Below are positions 24,507 through 34,900 of a stretch of 64,000 nucleotides of DNA, in pieces. The stretch is taken from the NCBI GenBank assembly GCA_024704765.1, contig JAKMXF010000088.1:310001-374000 (forward strand). Reading direction: 5' to 3'. Made by a program: the position numbers and the translations under genes. Every line of letters starts with the position of its first letter. Position 1 is the stretch's first letter. The stretch comes from Oopsacas minuta. Its lineage: Eukaryota; Animalia; Porifera. Under the pieces are notes generated by a model, which saw nothing but the letters and a program-made list of their open reading frames with translations, ran no database searches and was not told the DNA's origin.

Positions 24507-25839
24507 TACGAAATATTCTAGCGATGAAATATGAACGATAAATTCTATGATTTTCACCTCGCATGCTACCAATGTTATTTATAACAGTAATACAAAATAC
24601 AATAGAAATATTATAGCCAATAGAATTTCTCCATTTGGATTCTATGCTATCTACTGTATTGCTGCTGTATTCTGTAATGTCAGTAAATGTTTGGTGGATT
24701 TTGTTGAGACTCAATTCTTGTAGCTATTGGTTGCGTAATTATTAGAATTATTAGAATTATTAGACACTAACTCCGATTTCGGTTGGACAGACCCCAGGAA
24801 TTTGGAGTAAATTTAATTGTATGTTTAATCCAAATGGAATCGGAATTGTCCTTTTTTTGTTTACCAGATGTCATGTCTCTAAAAAAAGACATCGAGTTGA
24901 ATACGCGCTCTCCTGAATTCTCATACTTGCCTTCCCTCTCTGGGATCTTCACGTACAATCAAGGGGAAAATTTGAAATTTCAGGATATTTTAAGGTGTTG
25001 GCAAGTATGAATTATGTCCAGCTAATTACTTCACCCTAGCAACACCATGACACGTCACTTAATTGGTTGCTTGGGGCTTACTGGTTAGAAGCCCCCTACT
25101 TTAGGAAATAATCTTTGCTATGTGAATGCCTGAGGGTCCAATCGCTCACGCCGGTGTCATATCATTGATATTCACTAAGCAATAGTGTCCCATGTCTAGC
25201 AATTTGTCCATTAGGAGACAAAGTAATGCAGAAAACTATGTACCCACATCTAGTGCACATTAATTATGAGACCCTTCGTCTTTGACAACAATTATTCTCT
25301 AGGGAACAATGTTCGGAGGGGATACTATTACACTGGTCTGTGACAACTGGAACCTTATGCTGGCTTTTCGTACACGTGGCCTTTAGGAGATAGAACAGTT
25401 GGTCAGGGACAATTTTTAACAGGACAAACTTTAGATTTGTTAGTAATTAAGCGGTGGTATCAGGGGCTTGTGAAAAGTTAAGTGCGCCCCAGACCCCAGA
25501 CCCCAGACCCCGGGCATATTCTGCTGATAAACTGGACCTACTTATAGCGAAGCCTGATGAATTACAATTACATTGTGCCTGCATAGCTACGTTCGCGTTC
25601 AAATTATTCAATTTTATTTCCCTCACTAACTTATTTACCAGGATATGGAAGACAAAATGTATAATTGAGATAGATAAATACGTCACAATACATGAAATAA
25701 GAAAGTTGTATATTATTACAAATCAGTGTTTATTATTAGTTACTATTCTATTCAGATGTATTTGTATGCTTCCATTTATCTCTAATATATTATACTTATA
25801 CATTGTGTGTGTATGAAATTGAATAGAATAGGATAAGTA

Positions 25840-27111
25840 ATGGCCAGCGTGCAAGGAAATAGAAAGTTTATCGAACAGGTGAAAGAGAGTAGAAAGAGGA
25901 TTGAAGACAGCTTCAAGAGGTCACATGAAGCTCTACGAGTGAGAGAGAGTAACCTCCTCTCTCGTATTGATGAAATTGAGAAAGAGTACAATATCAAAAC
26001 TCAGGAATTACAAGAATTACTACAAGCCTTGGATAAAGCAAAATCAATGAACGCTGATGTATTGACTTCGAATACACTCACAGATACTAACCAAATAATT
26101 CGTTCAGCTATCGACAATAAGATTACAGAACTAACAGCTGAGACAGATAGTAGCATTGAGTTTGAGTGGGACAATCTATTCGAGACTGACATAGAACAGT
26201 TAGGGAGTATCAAGCTTAATGGTGAGACTAACATATCTCCCACCCGCACCTTCCCTCCTCAAGTAAAGCATGTTGTACCTGACTACAAGGCTAAACAGCT
26301 GCCTACTGCTTACTGCTGTAAGAAATCTTCTGACAAGAAAGCTCCTGGAGAACTGAACAGTCCCAGAAGTATAGCAGTACATTATCAAACAGGAAACATT
26401 TACATAGCTGATGAAAACAACCATCGTGTACAAGTATTTAGCTGTAATGGAAACTATCTCTTCATGTTCAGTGATAAGATGGATAAACCAAGAGGTATCT
26501 GTATATCTCAGAATAAAGTGTTTGTTACACAACGGAATGGTAATTGCATTAATATGTACGAGCTAGAAGGGAAACTAATCAAGAGTGTTGGTAGTGAAGG
26601 GAATGGAGAAATTCAGTTCAATCGTCCTCACGGTCTAGATGTATTTGACAGAAATAGAAATGTGTATGTATGTGATTACAATAATGATAGAGTTCAAATC
26701 CTAACTCAAGAACTCAAGTTCCATTCCATGCTAGGAATAGGAGTGTTTAACCATCCACATGACGTTAAAGTAACAAGAGACAGAGTATTGGTGCTAGATG
26801 AGAGTGATCCGTGTATGTTTGTATTCAATTCAGACCACGTTCTAACCAACAGACTGATAACTAGAGGTGGTGGTAAACAAACAAATATTTCCTTTTGTTT
26901 CGACTTAGACAGAGAGTATAACATTATTATGAGTGACTGCTTTAATAACTGTGTATACGTATTCAATCAAGAAGGAGAACAGATACACAAGTTTGGAAAG
27001 AATGGTCAGGGTATCGGGGAGTTCATTCATCCGTATGGAATAGTGCTAGACAACACAGGACACATTATAGTTGTGTGTGAGAAGGATACTGCTTGTCTAC
27101 AATTCTTCTAA
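25840..27111 (+). CDS. Coiled-coil + NHL-repeat protein, copy 3
   Basis: 423 aa, near-identical to copies 1 and 2 and sharing about 100 bp of 5' flank with them. Transcribed divergently from HSPA5. Confidence 0.92.
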   Translation: MASVQGNRKFIEQVKESRKRIEDSFKRSHEALRVRESNLLSRIDEIEKEYNIKTQELQELLQALDKAKSMNADVLTSNTLTDTNQIIRSAIDNKITELTAETDSSIEFEWDNLFETDIEQLGSIKLNGETNISPTRTFPPQVKHVVPDYKAKQLPTAYCCKKSSDKKAPGELNSPRSIAVHYQTGNIYIADENNHRVQVFSCNGNYLFMFSDKMDKPRGICISQNKVFVTQRNGNCINMYELEGKLIKSVGSEGNGEIQFNRPHGLDVFDRNRNVYVCDYNNDRVQILTQELKFHSMLGIGVFNHPHDVKVTRDRVLVLDESDPCMFVFNSDHVLTNRLITRGGGKQTNISFCFDLDREYNIIMSDCFNNCVYVFNQEGEQIHKFGKNGQGIGEFIHPYGIVLDNTGHIIVVCEKDTACLQFF

Positions 27112-27714
27112 TTCATTATAGAATACAAGGATTAGTGATTATTACTTTTTGTATTAGTATTTTGTTAATTAAATTATTCATTTTATTCGTATAGATAACA
27201 CAAGTTTTTTCAATTTCACGCCTATTCAATGCTCTATACTCTGCTTAATAGAGCCCTTAGTTAATCGGGCCACTTGTCTAAATCATAATCATATTTATAC
27301 TGTGGATTTCGCCTGTTCATATTTGTTAAGGGAATAATTTGTTAAATCCAGTGAAAACATTGGATTTTTCTGGATTTTTTCTCTTAGAAGATGGCAAAAT
27401 GTATATTTATATTTGCTAATAAAATTAAAGATCCATGAATTTCGAGATAAATATCAAAGGGAAAAGTTACTAAGGATTAGTAAGTATGCCAGTTACAAAT
27501 CCTATTTTGCATTCATAACTGAATCTCCTCGCTAATTCACGAATTTGCTATCACACACAATTGCATGCTAATATCCTTACAAAATTCTATGTGCATGTAA
27601 TTGTAGTAACACTACTGTAGTTTTACTTAATACCGGTTAATTGGTTCATAATTTCCTGGTCTCAATGTGGCCCTATTTAGCTGAACCTACTGTATTCGTT
27701 ACCATTAACTAGAT

Positions 27715-29126
27715 ATGCTTAGGAGTCTACTACACCCTGTTAACACATTAATGAAGCCTATCTGTTCCTTACAAATCAGAGTATTCTCATTGATAATTCC
27801 AGAAAAAGAACCTCCCAATAATAAAGTGAATTCTGCTGTGAAACAATTCAGTGTATATTTGAGTATAGAATTTAATGAAACTTGTATTTCTAATAAATGC
27901 AGTTTCAGGGATACTTTAGGAATAATGGTGAATAGATGGAAAAGAATGAAGCAAGACGAAAAGAATTTTTATTATTCTGGTTTTGAGGAATATGAGGGAG
28001 ATAAGATTATGTCAAAGAAGAGTAAGTTTAATTAATATCCCACTGTTTGATAGTTGGAAACTTGTTTCAACTCCACTGCCCGCATCAAGTTTACCTGCTG
28101 CATTACTTTTGTCATTATTTTTGCCATTTCCTTGAACATGAACACGCTTAATAGAGCCACCGGTTAATCAGGTCACTTGGTCATATGCAGAACCATAAAA
28201 TAGTGTTAACTCCTGGAAATATTAATCGGTCCAATTGGCTCAAATGGTATTATAATCAATATCAAAATGCTGAAATACAGCAATCCTGTTTTAACCATAC
28301 GAAACTACCGTAATAACGTGCTGAGGATTATCCCTCCCTGTAACTTGAATGTAATTGATTTTACTCTGCTTATAACTAATGATATCTGGGTCCCAAAGCC
28401 TTAGTCATAACCATAGTCTACTGTAAAGCGAGTTTCTCAACCTGTGGTAATCACACCAAACTCTGCCACAGAGATATTTTACGTCATTTTTGTTCAAGTT
28501 GATCTACTATGGTTATTTTGACCAAACGTGACCAAATATGGCCAATCGTAACCGGCTCGTATGTCGTCATGTTACAGAATTTTATACAAAGTGTGGCCAT
28601 ATCCCATGAGTGTTTGAGAAACCGTCCTGTAGAATATATTTAATAAAATTCTAATTTAGGCAAATTCCCTAAAACTACAAGAATAATCAGTATCAAGAAC
28701 AGCGATCATTATTCCCTAATTACCGACAAGACTGCCCAATCACTTGATAGCCAATCTGATGACGTAATTGGAACTATAGACAAAACCACACCCCAGAAAT
28801 TGTGTCATGTAAATGGATTCTCTGTGTTCATGCATCAACAATTCAGAATTCTATCTAAAAAACACCCAAATATTCCATCACAAAAGATATTCTCAAAAGT
28901 AGCTATTCGATGGAGAAACGCAAGGCAAGAACACAGAGCTTTGTATAAGAAATATGCTCGTAGAATTCGCGCTAGATACCCCTATGCTATTAGTGGTGAA
29001 ATTAATTTTAATGAACTTTTTGAAGAAGTTCTTGCTACCACAAAGACGTCTGGAAAGATTTTAACAGACAAGATTGAGTCAGATGATTATGACTATAGTC
29101 CTGATATTCTATATGATAATACTTGA
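27715..29126 (+). CDS. Two-exon, two-HMG-box protein (27715-28021, 28660-29126); TFAM-like candidate
   Basis: Box 1: AVKQFSVYL...RWKRMKQDEKNFY. Box 2: HVNGFSVFM..QF..LSKKHPN.PSQKIFSKVAIRWRNARQEHRALY. The donor a|gtaagt and acceptor ttag|gc join in frame (phase 1). Confidence 0.72.
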
Positions 29127-29715
29127 TAAATTTTAATGTCTAATTTAGTTATTCTTCAAATTTCTTGTTTGATATACATACTTGCGATATCGGTGAAGGT
29201 ATGTCTCCGTTTTGAGGATATTCTATATCCCTGGTGGTTTGTATAATACACAAGCATTTATTTCTTGTTGCTATTAATATAGTCAAACCTTCAAGAACCG
29301 AGTACCATTTCTTCAAAAAGATTGAAATTAATTTAGTCATTTTCAGCTGATTTGTTTTGTCTTTAGTTGAACTTCATGTCAAAAGTACGTTTCTTAGAAC
29401 AACGAACGGTTTAAAAAAGATTCGAATGCACCTTGATATTTTAAATATAATAAATTCTGGTTATCACGATGTGATTCTTTATCCGCTATAGCTTGAAAGT
29501 AATTTATTTTACTCCGCTTATAATGAAATGAAAATAGGGCCCCTTCGATATTTCGGAGATCCGTGCAGTCTTGTTCCTTACTGTATTATAATTCTAAAAG
29601 TTTGTTATGTAATTTGTTTTCGATATTTCCGTAATTTCTTGTATTATTATTCGCTCAAAAAGTCTAACAAAATTTACTGTTTTGGTTAGCAACCCAATCA
29701 CTCCATAGGAATTTC

Positions 29716-31788
29716 ATGACAACATCAGTAGCAAGACCCAATATTGCAGCTAAAGAAAGAGGTAATCTGTATAGCGCATAAATACATACATTATTACTTA
29801 CATATTGTAAATGAATATTTTAATTTCAACATTTATACAGGCCCTGGTCCAGCTAGATACTCGCTACCTGGTACTACAGGTAAAGTTGGACATGATAATA
29901 CAAAGAAAGTATCTCCTTCATATTCATTTGGACTCAAAACTGGATCAAGTCAGTTTTATTTAAATACAGTCAGCTCCCGTTATATCGAAGCTCAAGGGAC
30001 CGCGATAATTACTTCTATTTATGTTACTTTGACGGTTTGGGGACCATATTGTACAATTTCAGACTTCTATATATCCATGTTCGATATAACAGGAGTTATT
30101 TTAATAATTTATTTGTGGTTTGTAGATTATAGATCGCGTCGTATTACTTACAAACTGTATTAATATTAACTTACTGGATTCAGATTTCGGCCAGCGTCCC
30201 TGGTTTGTGGAAATATGTTGAATGTTGGGAATTGTTCCGATCTTTGGTTGATACAATACTATCCTAATATACTATGTCCCACGCTAAGCAGTGGCCCGCA
30301 GGATGTAAAAATAGTATTTCAGTCTACGGGAGCGGGTCCACAGTATATTGTAAAATTGGTATAGGGGTGGTAAAGGTTGGGAATCGCTGTCCTAGATTAA
30401 TCGAATTTCACACACATGCCAAAGTTTGTAGCCTTTATCAGTTCCTCAATCAATCGAACTAACAACAAATCATTGAGTTTTAATATAACACGAATTAACA
30501 AAACTCTATTCTGTAGTATTTGTGAGCTCTATAACGCCAGGGCCATGTCACTTGGTATCACCTAGCTACACCAGACGAGGGAAGGAGGGAAACCCTAAGT
30601 ACTCGCTAGCAGGGAGACATAAGGATCTGACTCCCTTCCTGACACCATCTCCTAGCAGATATGGTGCTGAGAGAGTTGCTATACTGGTAAATTATTGTAT
30701 TACAAGACCATGGATATAGTAATGACATTAAGCTGAGTTTGAAATATGACCATCAGAGCATGGATAGAATTGCTGCATGTGATATTGATTCTTTGCTATT
30801 TCTATTAAATACATTTAGAGAGAGAAGTCATCTCCAGCTTACTCAATGGGCAGCAGGAGTCTCTACAGGAGAGCAGACACTACACCTGCACCCAGTGCTT
30901 ATACTCTACCTAATCTATTAGGAAATAAGGTTACAGGAAAGTTATCTTCCGCTGCGTATAGCATGACAGGAAGACCGAAGGTAGGAGGATTTGATGAGGA
31001 TCTGGCTAGAACACCAGGTAAGCTGTATTATACTATTGAACCATGGATACTTGAATAACGACAAGTTTGATCTATTGTTTTAGACTGTATTTTCCCTGTA
31101 TCAATCGACTCGGATAAGCCCAACAAATTTGAGCGTCCCTTGGTATTCGTATTAACGAGGTTTCGCTGAATATTAATGTATAGAGTGCTATGATTCATGG
31201 TTTGTAATAATTATATTATGTCTATTATATTATCCATGGTAATACTCTACGTATGAATCCATAGTTTACATATTCAGCAAGAATAGAGACTAGACTCCGA
31301 TTAATAGACACGCCGGTTAATCGGCTCACTTGGTCAGAAACAGAACTACAGTCAACTCCCGTTATATCAAACACGGATATATCGAAGTCCGAAATTATAA
31401 AAATATGGTCCCAAACGATCAAAGTAACATAAATTACATCTTTTATATCGAAGTAATTATCGCGGTCCCTTGAGATTCGATATAACTGGAGTTGACAGTA
31501 TACAAAGTGTTATCGGGTCGAAATGGAAGCATCAGCTACTGTATTTTATATTTTTCAGCTCCCTGTACCTACACCAAGCCAGAATCAGGTCGCTACATGC
31601 GCAATAACCCCTCCTACAGCATCCAAGGACGTCAATTCATGCCTGGAGACCCTACCATGAAGCCAGGACCCGGACAGCACTCCCCTGAGAAAGTAAAGAT
31701 CACCGCAAAGTCCGCTCCCTGTTATAGCATGGGTACCAAACATTCCGACTACGTGTGCCCTCTAATCATTGACGTAGGAGATGAATAG
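29716..31788 (+). CDS. ODF3/CIMAP1-like (SHIPPO-repeat) axonemal protein, multi-exon
   Basis: MTTSVARPNIAAKERG|PGPARYSLPGTTG..PSYSFG, TPGP, TPAPSAYTLP and PGPGQHSPEKV..APCYSMG..H..Y..PLI motifs are typical of ODF3/SHIPPO repeats. GT-AG junctions present. Confidence 0.82.
31347..31500. mobile_element. Pogo/Tigger-like MITE (TA|CAGTCAACTCCCGTTATATC family) in an intron
   Basis: TIRs cagtcaactcccgttatatc / gatataactggagttgacag with TA flanks. Related copies at ~7472, ~22419, ~23611, ~29964, 46396-46574, ~56215, ~62408 and ~63680. Confidence 0.75.
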
Positions 31789-31988
31789 TCTAACATTCCT
31801 AACACTCATTTCTGTTGCTATTTACAATTCCTATTTATATTTTTGTATCTTTCATAGGATTAATAATTATTATTATTTACATTTTGTTTATTAAATAATA
31901 ATAAATATATTTCAGATAAAAGTTAGTAAAAGTTAAAATTTTAGAAATAATAAAAGATTCAAATATCGAAAAGTGATAGGGTTGACAG

Positions 31989-34900
31989 CTAAACAGCTGA
32001 ATCAGAGAGTGGTCCTGGATTAAGTAATATATGTTTTCTCCTTTCCAAGGCTTGGGATATTTTTTTCCTCGGACCTAGAGGGACATTTATCGCTTGTAAA
32101 TCCTCGTCCGAGCAGAGACTTATACTGAAAAGATCTATTTGTTGTCCTTGTAGAAGTTGAGCTACCGACTCGACAGTATTGGCTGTTAGGAATGTAGATA
32201 GTACGTTAGGTCGTAGGAGGAGAGGGAGAGAGAATTCGTCATATTCTTTGTCGCCGTCTAATAATCTATAAGTACATCGTCATGTTATATATTAGAAGTG
32301 TACAGTATTGTAGAAATTATGTAAATTTCTTGTAAATACAGTAAATATTGAATTTAACGACATCGGCTTTAATGACAAATCGCTTATAACGACTCAGTTT
32401 GCTTGCCCAGAATCTCGCCAGCAGTATATGATATTTCATCGGATTTAGCGACAAATCGGACATAACGACCTTTTAGCCTGCAGAAATGAGTGTCATTAAA
32501 TCCAATGTTTATTGTACTCATTTTAAATTCACTAATATTTCCTAAGATTACAAAGTAGTTGTAATCAGGAATTTCCAAAAACTAAACAAAACAAATATTT
32601 AAGAATCACCCTAATATATTTCAGGGAAATCAAGAGCCTTATGGGAGGGTCGATTATATAATTATCCCCAGGATGTGCTCTGTTCATTCTACAGATGCTA
32701 CGGGTTAATCCCAAGTTCATCACACACTATAAACATAATTAAATTTGCAATAATCTAAAAATAGTGTTTCTAACTTGAAAAGATAAAATTGATTACTGTA
32801 ATCAATTGCAGTTAAAAATGCATGTATTTCAATTGGGATTAGCTTATGATATTTTCTTGTCAAGTTTGTAGCTATTCACTGATATATCTGTTATTAAATT
32901 TTGTTTAATTTTAGAGTAAACTTTCATCTCGTGTATGTACGTAAACTACCGTATTTATTCGAATACTGCGCTGTAGTATTATTAGCAGATACAATATTCA
33001 CTGGAATTACATGAGGGTAATTTTTGGTAGAGTTCTCCACCCACTAGGTATATTTGCTAAAAATATCTCTACTCATAGTAGTCACGTTCTTTCTAGAATT
33101 TTCTAGAAAGTTCAATTGTAAGGGACTACAGCTTCCTGCAATTTGTGGCAATGTTTATGTAATCGCCAAGAATTGTATCCACCTATATTTATGTAATCAT
33201 TTGTAAAATCTCCAGGAAAATTAGTGAAAGCTTCAAAGTGAATTAGTATGCGTTTCAATTGTAGCTAGCAACGAGTCAATATACTCCATAAGTAATTGAA
33301 TGTTCATCTTTAAAGGAAAGGTTTTGTTTCACAATATAAATGTAAACGTTGTACATCCTTCCTTTCCATGACATACACTATGAAAGTTGAACTACAGGTT
33401 GTATCCATCGATCCAATGAAAGGTAAGTTATCCATCAGTTTTGCTAGTTCACTGAAATTATTCAATGGGCACATGTTTACTCTAAACAGGTGTCCTCACC
33501 TTTAGTAGTTACGTCATATTTTGATCAAGATATGACGTTCTATGACCATTTTTGCAAACATGACCAATCTGGCCAATTCTGAAGGTTATCTATACTGAGA
33601 ATTTCTGATGTAGGAATATTATAGTCAAGACAGTAGTAATGTAACTCACTTGGGCTCATTGTGTTTACCAACAATAGCGATCTTAGGGACTTCAGGCACG
33701 GGTCTCCGTCGTTTGAGGCCAGGGGAACTCTGCTGAGTACTATCAGATCCAATTTGACTCTCCAAATTCTCGAAAGTTGTAATAGTATTATCATTAGTGG
33801 GAGGAGGATTATCTGGTATTGGTAGAGTACTTGATTTGCCTGATTTCATTAGTGTGAAGTTATCTGATAATGTAGTCTTCGAATCAGTTGTACCTGTAGA
33901 GTAGGTGGTATATTATTATAAGGAGAATTATACGTATTTCCCTTTTTAGAATATGTAACAATTGCAAGCCTACGAGCAATACGATTTGAACAGCCCCATT
34001 GGTCATATACAATATGTTATTACGGGAGTTTTCAATCATATTGATAATAATAAGTTTAGAAATTATTCTTGCTATGTTTTCTACTGATTAGTTACATTAT
34101 TTGCCTAGCAACTAATAGATAACTAAGGAATTTACTAAAACTTAGTAAGCTGTGAAAACATGACATTTCTACCAATGTATAATTACGTAGTATTACATTT
34201 GAAATACATTCCATTGTCTCACGTTAGTAACCGTTCAAGTGAATTGAAATATAAATGCTAATAAATACAATTGTTCCAGATAAATTGAGTAAACTCAACA
34301 AAAGTAATAATGAAATGCGAAGAAGCACTCGAGTTTCTTTCTCAAATTAGAAAGACACTCCCTGGGATAGAGAACTTTCTCCAGAATACTCTCGTCAAAG
34401 AGCATTTATCAGCACAAGGTAGAAACGAGTTACATTCCATTCTACACATTCTGTCGCATATACAGTTAGCAGCTCTACCATCTTTAGGAAAGAATTCAAA
34501 ATCTTCGGTTTCTAATCTTTCCTCTTCAAGTCGTGTATCTAGCACAATAGAATCAGAGAATACGCACAGTATATCTACTACATTCGGTACAGACACTGAG
34601 TTTTCTCCATCTTTTGAATCTTCTCCATTCTCTTCCCCCACAAGGTTATCAGTAATAAATCCAGCTCCAGGTAAACTATACACCAATTTTGAATACAATC
34701 TCACTTTTTCATTTTTTACATTACTCTGAAAACACACGAGAAGAATAAATATGCCTTAAGTAATTTTGGGTGATTATATTTCTGAAAAATAGTTAATATA
34801 ATTTGTACAACGGAATTGGGAGATAAAGAAATTAGGTTTCGCTTAATATGAACAAATCTTTAATCCTAATAAATAATACCAAAGCAATTGTCAAAGTTCA

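Noticed and set aside
25454-25816. 120-aa ORF upstream of NHL copy 3
   Set aside because: It starts in a (CCCCAGA)3-containing repeat and ends in the shared NHL 5' flank; no protein-like signal.
13436-27111. Diversity-generating retroelement behind the NHL variation
   Set aside because: Changes are not adenine-specific (e.g. tgg/cgg, ggt/cgt, ccc/tcc), and there is no template repeat or reverse transcriptase in the window.
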